Shown: positions 39,188 through 47,787 of the stretch, piece by piece | Numbering within the stretch: the first letter of the stretch is position 1 | How the letters are laid out: each line of letters starts with the position of its first letter | Assembly: GCA_902479145.1 (NCBI GenBank) | Contig: CABSNR010000002.1 | Coordinates: 24,393-88,392 of the forward strand | Length of the DNA: 64,000 nt | Origin: an uncultured Collinsella sp. | GTDB taxonomy: Bacteria; Actinomycetota; Coriobacteriia; Coriobacteriales; Coriobacteriaceae | Direction: 5' to 3' | The notes under the pieces: model-generated | Told to the model about the DNA's origin: nothing | Database searches by the model: none | The model's input: only the letters and a program-made list of their open reading frames with translations | Program-made: the position numbers and the translations under genes

Positions 39188-40267
39188 CTACTCCCCGTGA
39201 TGGTGGCCGCAGCAGCACTCATGGCCGTCGTCATGGCCGTGGCCGCCGCAGCACTCGTGGTCCTCGCCGTGATGGTGACCGCAACCGCACTCATGGTCGT
39301 CGCCGTGCTCGCCGCAACCGCAGCCGTCCTCGTGAGCGCCATGCTCCTCGGGACGATACTGCGACCAGTCCAGACCGGCGGCGATAGCGTCGGCCTCCTC
39401 CTTGTAGAGGACCGTGATGGCCTGGGTGCCCAGCTTGGCGCCACCGATGGCGTCGAGCATGTCGTAGAGCGTAAAGGCGACGTCGGCGCCGGGCAGCGCG
39501 AGCTCGCGGTCATCGGCGTAGGCGAGCGCCAGGCGCAGGTCCTTGATGAAGTGCTCGACCATAAAGCCGGGCTTGTAGTCGCCGTCGAGCGCCTTGGGCG
39601 CCAGGCTCTCCATGGCGCCGGACTTACCGGTGCCGCCCAGGATCATCTGGCGGGTCTTCTCCAGATCGAGGCCGCTCAGCTCGGCAAATGCCATGGCGTC
39701 TGCCATGCCGACCATGCAGGCGCCCAGCGACACCTGGTTGGCGAGCTTGGCAGCCTGGCCCTTGCCGGCGCCGTCGAAGCAGCAGATGGTTGCCGCAAAG
39801 GTAGAAAGGATGTCGCGGACCGACGCGATGTCGTTCTCGGTAGCGCCCACGATAGCCGTAAGCGTGCCGGCGATAGCACCCGACTCGCCGCCGGTAACGG
39901 GGCAGTCAAACGCCATGCGACCGGAAACCTGGGCGGCCTCGGCAATGTCGCGCGCCAGCTCGGGCGAGCTCGTGGTGAGGTCGATCAGGACCGCGCCGGG
40001 CTTAGTGCACGCGAGCAGGCCGTCGCCCGCCAGGTAGAGCTCCTCGACCTCGGAGGGATAGCCCACCATGGTAAAGACGACATCGGCGTTAGCCACGGCA
40101 TCGGCCGGCGTATCGGCCCAAGCGGCACCGCGCTCGATAAGCGCGGCAGCCTTGGACTTGGTGCGGTTGTTGACCGTGACGGGATAGCCGGCATCCAGGA
40201 TGTGACCGGCGATGGGGGCACCCATGATTCCGGTGCCGATAAATGCGACGGAGAGCTTGTTTGCCAT
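39188..40267 (-). CDS. beta-hydroxyacid dehydrogenase family oxidoreductase with His/Cys-rich tail
   Basis: FIGTGIMG Rossmann motif, DCPVTGG, GQAAKLANQ, KDLRLA. Confidence 0.88.
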   Translation of the reverse strand: MANKLSVAFIGTGIMGAPIAGHILDAGYPVTVNNRTKSKAAALIERGAAWADTPADAVANADVVFTMVGYPSEVEELYLAGDGLLACTKPGAVLIDLTTSSPELARDIAEAAQVSGRMAFDCPVTGGESGAIAGTLTAIVGATENDIASVRDILSTFAATICCFDGAGKGQAAKLANQVSLGACMVGMADAMAFAELSGLDLEKTRQMILGGTGKSGAMESLAPKALDGDYKPGFMVEHFIKDLRLALAYADDRELALPGADVAFTLYDMLDAIGGAKLGTQAITVLYKEEADAIAAGLDWSQYRPEEHGAHEDGCGCGEHGDDHECGCGHHHGEDHECCGGHGHDDGHECCCGHHHGE

Positions 40268-40365
40268 GAAACCTTTCCTTTTGGGTTGGGTGTTGTTACC
40301 AGGTTGAATACTCGATGCCAGCGCTTGGGCAGTGAGTTGGGGTCGATTACGGCCGCATTACTTGC

Positions 40366-41319
40366 CTACTGGCCGCGCACGCGACGGGCGATGCGGTCGG
40401 AAAGCGACGCCTTGTCGGCGCGGTTCTTACCCCAAAATGCGCAGGCCACCATACCAGGGCCCACGTGCGAGCCAATGGTGGGACCCACGGAGCTGCGAAT
40501 GATCGTGACGTCGGCGCAGCCTTCCTCCTTGCGGATGGCGGCTTCGAGCCAGTCGCCGTCCTTTTCGGCATCGGCCGTCATGATGGCGATGGGCATGGTG
40601 CGGTCGGGCACGTAGTTCTCGCGGAACGACTTGAGGATGGACTTGAGTGCCTTCTTGCGGCCGCGGTTGACGCCGATCAGCGACAGCGAGCCGGCAAGGT
40701 CGTAGGAGAGCTCGGGCTTGACATCGAGCTTTGCCGTGAGCTGCGCCGCCGCGGGCGGAATGCGGCCGCCGGCAGCCAGTGCGTCGAAGCTCTCGAGCGT
40801 AAAGTAGCCGTGGACGTAGGTCTTTGCCTCGTTTGCCCAATCGACCAGCTGCTTGGCGGTCAGTCCCGCCGAACGCTGGCGCACGGCCTCGAGCGCCAAG
40901 AGCGCGCCGGTCGCGCAGGGCAGAGCGTTGTCGACCACGTACAGCTCAAAATCGGGATACTCGGCGCGCACGGCGTCCGCCGCCTGGCACGCGGAGTTGT
41001 AGCTCGACGACAGCGCCGAGGTAAAGCACAGGTAGACCGTGGGCGTGCCCTCTTTGGCGCACTCGGTAAAGAACTCGATATAGCGACCGAGCGACACAGC
41101 CGAGGTGGACACGCGGGCACCGGCGCGCATGCGGTCGTAGAACTCCTTGGGTGTGATGCTCGACCAGATGTCATCCGTGCGCTCCTCGCCATCGATAATG
41201 AAGGGGAAACCCAGGATATCGACATCGAGGTTCGCGGCGACCTCGGGGCTAAAGTCGCAGCAGGTATCGACGACGATGCGGCAACGGTCCGAATGACCGG
41301 CGGATGCGGCCTTGTCCAT
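40366..41319 (-). CDS. DegV family fatty-acid-binding protein
   Basis: IVVDTCCD, STSAVS, SALSSSY, GGRI, IGSHVGPG. Confidence 0.9.
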   Translation of the reverse strand: MDKAASAGHSDRCRIVVDTCCDFSPEVAANLDVDILGFPFIIDGEERTDDIWSSITPKEFYDRMRAGARVSTSAVSLGRYIEFFTECAKEGTPTVYLCFTSALSSSYNSACQAADAVRAEYPDFELYVVDNALPCATGALLALEAVRQRSAGLTAKQLVDWANEAKTYVHGYFTLESFDALAAGGRIPPAAAQLTAKLDVKPELSYDLAGSLSLIGVNRGRKKALKSILKSFRENYVPDRTMPIAIMTADAEKDGDWLEAAIRKEEGCADVTIIRSSVGPTIGSHVGPGMVACAFWGKNRADKASLSDRIARRVRGQ

Positions 41320-41398
41320 CAAAGCGACTCCTTACGTAAAAAGGCGGCCACCCGCATGGGATGGCCGCCAACCGTTAACTCATGCAAGTTAACGTATT

Positions 41399-41983
41399 TT
41401 ACTCGTCAAGTGTTTCGATGCGGGGCTTGATGATGCCATATCCACCATTCTTACGGTGATACACCACATTGATGAGGCCAGTCGTCGCGTTCTCGAACAC
41501 GTAGAAGTCGTGGCCCAGCAGATCGGTCTGCACCAGCGCCTGCTCCTCAGTCATCGGGGTGACGTCGATAACCTTCTCGCGGACGAGCAGGTCGTCCTCT
41601 TCCTCGGGCAGCAGCAGGTCGGCCAGATCCTCAACGCGCTCGACCGGTGCAACATCCGCGGCGCTGGCACCGCCCTGGCGGTTGTCCACGACCTTGGTCT
41701 TGAACTTGCGCAGCTGGCGGGTGACCTTATCGGCGGAGAGGTCGATGGCGGCGTACATATCTGCACCGTGCTCGGCAACGCGAATCACCGAACCGCGGGC
41801 ACGAACCGTAACCTCGACGATTGCCGGGTTGGGGTTCGAGGGGTTCTTCTCATAGCGAAGTACAACGTCGACCGTCATGGGCTCGATATCGAAAACCTTG
41901 AGCGCCTCGCCGATCTTCTCATCCACATGCGCACGCAGAGCATCGGTTACCGTCGTCTTGCGTCCAGAAACCTTGATATCCAT
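41399..41983 (-). CDS. hpf: ribosome hibernation factor (long HPF/RaiA)
   Basis: DMYAAID, RQLRKFKTK, PMTEEQAL...LLGHDFYVF...VVYHRKNGGYGII. Confidence 0.93.
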   Translation of the reverse strand: MDIKVSGRKTTVTDALRAHVDEKIGEALKVFDIEPMTVDVVLRYEKNPSNPNPAIVEVTVRARGSVIRVAEHGADMYAAIDLSADKVTRQLRKFKTKVVDNRQGGASAADVAPVERVEDLADLLLPEEEDDLLVREKVIDVTPMTEEQALVQTDLLGHDFYVFENATTGLINVVYHRKNGGYGIIKPRIETLDE

Positions 41984-42300
41984 ACGTGGCTCCAATCTGC
42001 CTCGGGGACTTACTGTACTGGCTATGTACCCATTGCCGTGCATTTAATCACGCGGATTCCTAAAGACCCGAATAACGATTGCTTGATACCGCATACCGAA
42101 GTCTCGTACTTTTCCATGGCAAAGTGCGCTATAGGAGGGAGCCCACAGATTTGTATTTGGTCTCGAAAATTGGCTTTGACCTGCTGGTTTTATAGGGATG
42201 AAAAAGCCGGGCTCCCCTATTGGGGAAACCCGGCAGTGCGTGTTGAAACCGTGAAGAGGTGTCCTTTCCAACGTATAGGAGACACCACCCCTAGCAATAA

Positions 42301-43326
42301 CTAGCTATTGAGTTTGTTAATGTCGTCGTCGGTGATGGCGCCTTCCTGGCTGGACGATTTGTCCTCGGAGGATGCGGTCTCATTGTCGGAATCGGAGGAC
42401 TCGCTGCCGGAGGACGCGGTCTCACTGGACTCAGAGTCGCCCGGCTGCACGTTAGCGCCCGAAACCGTCTTAGTGGTGAGGTCGTAGGGCATCTGGCCGT
42501 ACCAGACGCAGTGAACCGCCTCGAGCGTACCGTCGACCGTGATGTCGTCGAGGGCATCACTCACGGCACGGCACAGTTCGTCATTGGACGAGAGGCCCGC
42601 AACACCAAGCGTCGAGGGCGCCTCGAGCGCACCGACATAGGAGACCTCGCTCATCAGGCGTGCAAGATAGCCGCCGGCTGTGGAGTCGCAGATCACATAG
42701 TCGACCTCGCCGGACTCGAGCGCCTCAAAGCACTCGTTGATGTTGGAGTAGGTCTTTTGGTTGGCGGTGATGCTCTGCTTAGCAAGCGCCTCCTGCGAGG
42801 CCGAGGACATCTGGACACCCAGAGTAGACGTGTTAAGGGTATCGGTGGAAACGCTTAGCGACCCACCATCGCTGGTTTTACCGAACACAGAAGCGGCATC
42901 GTACAAGCAAGTGCCGAGCGAGCTAACGTCCCCGTCCGTGGAGTTGATCTCGCCGATAAAGATATCAGCCTTTTTGTCGCCGAGCGCGGAACCTGCCGAG
43001 GACGCATCGACAAAGGCGACCTTAAGGCCCATGCGGCTTGCGAGGGCGCGTGCGGCGTCAACCGCATACCCCGTGAGCTCGCCGTCGGCGCCCTGCATGG
43101 CCTGCGGCGCATCGGAAGTATCGAGGGCGACCGTCAGGGTTCCGGGAGTGACCAGGGCATCGTCCGACACCGCCGGCGTGACGGCCTCGTACTCGATCTG
43201 GTCGATCGTGGGAGTCGTGAACGTAGACAGCGGGTTGAACGCGCATCCGCTCAGGCCCAAAACGGCAATGGCCGCTGCGGTCCCAGCACCTAACCGAGCC
43301 GCGTGCATCAAGCTGCCCCTCACCAT
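42301..43326 (-). CDS. ABC substrate-binding lipoprotein (family 3-like)
   Basis: Lipobox LSGC, PGTLTVALD, GYAVDAARALA, ALESGEVDYV; Ser-rich tail. Confidence 0.8.
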   Translation of the reverse strand: MVRGSLMHAARLGAGTAAAIAVLGLSGCAFNPLSTFTTPTIDQIEYEAVTPAVSDDALVTPGTLTVALDTSDAPQAMQGADGELTGYAVDAARALASRMGLKVAFVDASSAGSALGDKKADIFIGEINSTDGDVSSLGTCLYDAASVFGKTSDGGSLSVSTDTLNTSTLGVQMSSASQEALAKQSITANQKTYSNINECFEALESGEVDYVICDSTAGGYLARLMSEVSYVGALEAPSTLGVAGLSSNDELCRAVSDALDDITVDGTLEAVHCVWYGQMPYDLTTKTVSGANVQPGDSESSETASSGSESSDSDNETASSEDKSSSQEGAITDDDINKLNS

Positions 43327-43385
43327 GTCCACTACCCTGCCTTCTGTGTCGTATACGATCCGTGCGTTGCGCGGAATATCAGGTT

Positions 43386-43650
43386 GTTCCCACCAGCTGA
43401 CCTGGTATTTGACCCCACACTTGCGCACCGGGGTGTTTGCTCGGGAGGCCGCAGCCACCTTCACGACTGACCCGCTCGCCCGCGAGGCGGTATTGCCCCA
43501 AAGAAAGTAGAACGGACGGTACGGCTTACATCTAGGACGCGCCATGATCGCGCCGCGCGCACGCGGTCGCTTACGTGGATCCCTTTGACCGCGTCTGTCT
43601 TGGACTAGGACGGGCATTTCGTCCGTCCGCAACCACAGCCTGGTAGGAAC
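43386..43650 (-). ncRNA. raiA-motif RNA (large structured ncRNA)
   Basis: Minus strand has a terminal stem GUUCCUACCA/UGGUGGGAAC and blocks UGUGGUUG, GAUCCACGUAAG, CAUGGCGCGUCCUAGAUGUAAGCC, AGUCGUGAAG, AGUGUGGGGUCAAAUACCAGGUCAGC, in the order I recall for the raiA motif; context is comF / binding protein / hpf. Confidence 0.88.
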
Positions 43651-43657
43651 GAAGCGC

Positions 43658-43663
43658 ATTATA
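43658..43663 (-). promoter_or_regulatory. -10 box TATAAT for the raiA RNA
   Basis: Perfect TATAAT 7 nt upstream of the predicted RNA 5' end. Confidence 0.7.
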
Positions 43664-43802
43664 GCTAAGTTCAAGCTAAAGTTTAAGGTTAAGGGCGTCA
43701 TTCGCATCGTGCGCACAGATTTTGCAGGTCGGAGTGGGCTATTCGTGCCCCTATGAAGCCCGGAGCTCCCCTACGGGGAGCTCCGGGGCGCCCTTCTTAG
43801 GG

Positions 43803-44029
43803 TGCCCCGGTCAAAATATGGCAAATATGAGTACTGCCACCAATTTAGTAACAGGCAATTTTGGCCTCTCGGACAGATTTTGCGCTCAGTGTCGCCGACC
43901 TGATGCTTAGTAATTCTACATTTGTTTATTATCTTCTTACTTTACGCCGCCTCCGAGTCCTAAATTCCTTGATTTTGCTGTTACTGATTTAGTGACAGTA
44001 CTCATATTTGCCGTAGTTTGGCCAGGGCA
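43803..44029. repeat. long inverted-repeat element (core GCAAATATGAGTACTG), gene-linked copy
   Basis: 52-bp arms at 43803-43854 and 43978-44029 with 8 mismatches; 123-bp AT-rich spacer. Confidence 0.9.
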
Positions 44030-44057
44030 TATGATTAACCCCTATTTTCGACGCGAA

Positions 44058-45167
44058 TTAGACCGGCTTAAGCCCAAAACACGCCCGCAGCGTGTTAAGC
44101 AACGCCTCTTGCTTCTTCCTGCGGGCATCGACACGATTCCGGTACCGTTTTCGCATACGCTGGTGCATGCGCCATGCGAGCGCTTCCATCGCTTCCATGT
44201 CGCAGAGCATCTCGTTGTTGACAGTCGCGACCTCGATTCCCATAGTAATCAAGCCCGTGTTGCGCTTTTCATCATGGATACGTCCCCTCCGAGAGGAATG
44301 GCCCAGCTCACCGTTGTATTCCAGGTCAAACCGAGCTGCTTCCTGATACGCATCGCAAACTGCATGCGGCATCCCCGAGATTGCCTGCGCACGGTCATCG
44401 AACTCGATCTTGTAGTCGGTCTTAAAAGGTCCGCAGGCAAACCCGCCATAGGAAAACGGAAGCGAAAACAGGGCGAGCATGATGCACTCCATGGGTGAGC
44501 GCAGGTTTTCCGAAAGATAGGGACACAGACGCTGCAGCTGCTTGGCCGCGTTCCCCTTGCATACCGCGAGGTAATCTGCCAGACGATCGGGCGTCAGCAC
44601 CGGCTCAACCTCAAAGTAGCCCACATCTGCTGGCTGGTCCTTGTCCTTTGCAAGTTTATTCGTAACAGGCGAGGTGTAGGGAGGCAGATACTTCCCGCGG
44701 TCACTCAGCGAAATCTTAGAGCACAGCTCCTGAGCCAGGGCAAATGCCTGGATGCAGCCGACCTCGCGCGCAACGGCAACACAAAGGGCCTCGGGAGATA
44801 GACTGTACACCCCCGGTTCCACCTCTAGAATCGAGCCGGCGGGCAACCCGGAGCATACGGACCAGCTCACGCCAAGAATGCGGCGGCGCTGCGCTGCAGA
44901 CCCTACCAGCAAGCACAAATCCTCTTGCACCTCGCTGCTTGCGGCCCCAATCCGCACCAAGTCGGGAAGATAGATGTCCTCGGTCGAGGGCGACGACGTG
45001 CGCAGCACATGGCGCTCTTCATCGGGATTGAGGTCCCTCCAGCTTATGTAGCCCATCTGCCGGCGCTCGGCGCGCATCATGCGTAGCGCCGAGGCGCCTG
45101 TTAGGATTACGGAAGCCGCTAGCTGTTCGCCTGTCGGCTCGTTGCACCGCTCAATCTTTACTGCCAC
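44058..45167 (-). CDS. hypothetical protein with DUF559/Vsr-like nuclease C-terminus
   Basis: GTG start 10 bp after the comF stop; SPEALC, RSPME, CDAY...LEYNGELGH...DEKRNTGLITMGIEVATV pattern. Confidence 0.7.
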   Translation of the reverse strand: MAVKIERCNEPTGEQLAASVILTGASALRMMRAERRQMGYISWRDLNPDEERHVLRTSSPSTEDIYLPDLVRIGAASSEVQEDLCLLVGSAAQRRRILGVSWSVCSGLPAGSILEVEPGVYSLSPEALCVAVAREVGCIQAFALAQELCSKISLSDRGKYLPPYTSPVTNKLAKDKDQPADVGYFEVEPVLTPDRLADYLAVCKGNAAKQLQRLCPYLSENLRSPMECIMLALFSLPFSYGGFACGPFKTDYKIEFDDRAQAISGMPHAVCDAYQEAARFDLEYNGELGHSSRRGRIHDEKRNTGLITMGIEVATVNNEMLCDMEAMEALAWRMHQRMRKRYRNRVDARRKKQEALLNTLRACFGLKPV

Positions 45168-45177
45168 AAAACCACCC

Positions 45178-45984
45178 CTACCAAACGCGTGCGATAGCAA
45201 GGCCATCGACTGCCGCAGCGCCGGCGCGCTTGAGTTCCGCCGAAGCCGCGGCCATCGTCGCGCCCGTGGTGATAACGTCATCGATAAGCAGCAAGCGGCG
45301 GCCGTGCACGTCCTCAACCGTCTCGTACATGCCTTGGGCACGCTCGCGGCGCTCCTCACGACCGAGTTCGCGCTGGTCGCCATGCCCGTACTTGACGAGA
45401 GCATCGAGCAGGGGAACACCCGACAGCTCGCAAAATGGGCGCGCGATAGCCTCCATATGATCAAAACCACGCCGCCGAAACGCTGCCGCCGTCGCAGGCA
45501 CAAACACCACAGCATCCGCACCGGACAGCACACCTCCTAAGCGTTCGGGCGCTACGACCTGGGCATGCAGGGCGGTGTCGTAGAGCAGCTCCGCCAGATA
45601 CGGAGCCAGACGTCGCTCGCCCGCATCCTTGTACGCTTTAATGATGCGCGGCAGCGGATGCGCATAGACGGCGCACGCCAGGCAGCGGTCGAGCGCCTCC
45701 GCCATTGCCGAAGACGTGCCCTCGACCGAACACTCAGTGCACAGCAAATCCCCAAACGGGGCGCCGCATCGGGTACAGCTATGACGTGGGTCGATGAGCG
45801 TGAACGCAGCCAGGCAGTCTTGGCAAATAAGCGCACCGGCGCGCTCGCAGCCGGCACATCGTGTTGGCGACAATGCCTCGAGCGCCTCGCGTGCCACCCG
45901 CTCGGCAAACGGTAGCAATTCGTCCGCAAACGGTAGGGCACCGGCACCCTGCAGACGGCTCAATATGTTCAGATGGCTCTTCAA
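45178..45984 (-). CDS. comF: ComF family protein (double Zn ribbon + PRTase)
   Basis: CAGC/CQDC/CTRC/CTEC, RRRGFDH, LLIDDVITTGAT; start uncertain. Confidence 0.9.
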   Translation of the reverse strand: MKSHLNILSRLQGAGALPFADELLPFAERVAREALEALSPTRCAGCERAGALICQDCLAAFTLIDPRHSCTRCGAPFGDLLCTECSVEGTSSAMAEALDRCLACAVYAHPLPRIIKAYKDAGERRLAPYLAELLYDTALHAQVVAPERLGGVLSGADAVVFVPATAAAFRRRGFDHMEAIARPFCELSGVPLLDALVKYGHGDQRELGREERRERAQGMYETVEDVHGRRLLLIDDVITTGATMAAASAELKRAGAAAVDGLAIARVW

Positions 45985-46086
45985 GACACAACCCTCCCTA
46001 CGTTCGGTCGCAGGGAGGGTTGTTGATTCAGCGCTATGATACCCCGATGCGCTCGGGACAAGGCGGGCTAAATCCGCTCGCGGGCG

Positions 46087-47787
46087 TTATTCGCCCGCGG
46101 GCGGTTGTGGTGCGGACGAAGACGGGGTCGAGCCCTCGCCACCATCCTGGCGCGGCTTGCGGGAACGGCGACGGCGACGGCGCTTTTGACCCTGGTCGGC
46201 CGAGCCCTCGCCACCGCGATCCTCGCGCGGCTCGCGCTCGTCGCGAGCGGCGCCACGCGAAGCCTTGGCAGCCGCTCCCCCGCCATCTCCGGGACGACGG
46301 CGCGTGACCTTGACCTCGCCATCCGAGACCTGATCGGCCACAGAGGGCACTGAAGGCTTCTGCTGCGCGCCCGAGGAATGGCGACGGCGCGGACGCGGCG
46401 CGCGCTCCTCCTCGCCACGTGACTTGCCGCCCTTGTCGACAGGCGCATCGGAGGCCGAGGCGCCCTTGGAAGCGGCACCGGCCTCGCGAGCAGCTGCGGC
46501 GCGGAAGGCGTCCTCGCGCTCCTCGCTCGATAGATGACGGCGGCGGCGACGTGTGGGGTTCATGCCGCCGCCGCGATTCTGCTGCTGGGGCTGCTGGACC
46601 TCGCGCTCGCGAGAGGCGTTCTTGCCCGCGGCTGCAACCTCGGTAGCATCGCCCGAGCCCGCGCGCTTGCGACGGCGACGGCCACCGGCGGCCTCCTCGG
46701 CCTCGGGTGCCTCGGCCTTACCGCGGCCCTTTCCGCGGCCACGGCCCTCGCCCTGACCCTGACCGGCGCGAGCATCGGATTCAGCATCGCGACGACGGCG
46801 CTTGGGCATCGACGTGCCGGCCAGACGGTCGGCACTCGACAGGCCATCGCCCACATCGACGCCGTTTTCGCGATCGAGCTCCATGAGCGCCAGACGCATC
46901 TCGGGCGACTCAATGCGCTCGAGCACGTCGCGCGTCACGCAGTCGGGGCGGCAGTTGCAGCCCTGCTCGGCGGCCTTCTTTTTGCAGCCCTCCGAGCACG
47001 TCATATCGGCCAGGTTGACCTTAAAGACTTTGCCGTTCTCCAGGCGCAGCACCAGCTGCTCACGCGGCGTGTCATACTCCTGGATACGCGCCTTGCCAAG
47101 CGGCGTATCGATGAGCGTCTTCTTTTTGGGCGCACGGCTCTTAAAGTCCTTGTAGGCCTCGAACTCGTAGCGCAGGCAGCACATCAGACGACCGCACACG
47201 CCGCTGATCTTGGACGAGTTGAGCGGTAGGTCCTGCTCTTTCGCCATGCGAATCGAGACGGGCTCAAACTGTCCGCCAAAGCGCGTACAGCAGAGCTCCT
47301 GTCCGCACTGGGCATAGCCGCCCACCAGGCGGGTCTCGTCGCGCACGCCTATCTGGCGCATGTCGACGCGAATGTGCAGCGTCGAGGACAGATCCTTGAC
47401 GAGCTGACGAAAATCGACGCGCTCCTCGGCCGCAAAGTAAAACACGGCCTTCTCGCCGCCAAACAGGTACTCGACGCCGACCGGCTTCATCTCGAGATCG
47501 AGCTCTTTTACCAGACGGCGGAAATCGACCATCGCCTCGTCGCCCTGGATGGCCAGGTCGTCGGCAAGCTGCAGGTCAATGTCGCTCGCCACGCGCAGCA
47601 CGGGCTTGAGCGGCTGGCCGATCTCGTCCTGCGGCACCTCGAAGGGATCGGCCGTGACCAGGCCGATCTCGGTTCCGCGCTCGGTGGAGCAAATGGCATA
47701 ATCGGCCTCGAGGATATCCAGATCCTGCGGATCGAACCACAGGTCGCGCGAGGCGTAGGTAAACTTAACGGGTACGACTAACGGCAT
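46087..47787 (-). CDS. ricT: PSP1/RicT (YaaT) family protein with long Arg-rich tail
   Basis: RVDFRQLVKDL, MRQIGVRDE, CGQELCC, KISGVCGRLMCCLRYE. Confidence 0.88.
   Translation of the reverse strand: MPLVVPVKFTYASRDLWFDPQDLDILEADYAICSTERGTEIGLVTADPFEVPQDEIGQPLKPVLRVASDIDLQLADDLAIQGDEAMVDFRRLVKELDLEMKPVGVEYLFGGEKAVFYFAAEERVDFRQLVKDLSSTLHIRVDMRQIGVRDETRLVGGYAQCGQELCCTRFGGQFEPVSIRMAKEQDLPLNSSKISGVCGRLMCCLRYEFEAYKDFKSRAPKKKTLIDTPLGKARIQEYDTPREQLVLRLENGKVFKVNLADMTCSEGCKKKAAEQGCNCRPDCVTRDVLERIESPEMRLALMELDRENGVDVGDGLSSADRLAGTSMPKRRRRDAESDARAGQGQGEGRGRGKGRGKAEAPEAEEAAGGRRRRKRAGSGDATEVAAAGKNASREREVQQPQQQNRGGGMNPTRRRRRHLSSEEREDAFRAAAAREAGAASKGASASDAPVDKGGKSRGEEERAPRPRRRHSSGAQQKPSVPSVADQVSDGEVKVTRRRPGDGGGAAAKASRGAARDEREPREDRGGEGSADQGQKRRRRRRSRKPRQDGGEGSTPSSSAPQPPAGE

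Noticed and set aside
43327..43716. 130-aa N-terminal extension of the substrate-binding protein in the ORF track
   Set aside because: It overlaps the raiA RNA and its promoter; the lipoprotein signal fits a start near 43326.
22935..43730. Scattered ACCTGC/GCAGGT intergenic motif (e.g. ~22937, ~34297, ~34399, ~42179, ~43724)
   Set aside because: Short and without consistent position or spacing; significance cannot be judged by eye.
45168..45533. N-terminal extension of the 44058 ORF
   Set aside because: It overlaps comF in another frame; a GTG with a GGTGG RBS at 45167 is more plausible.
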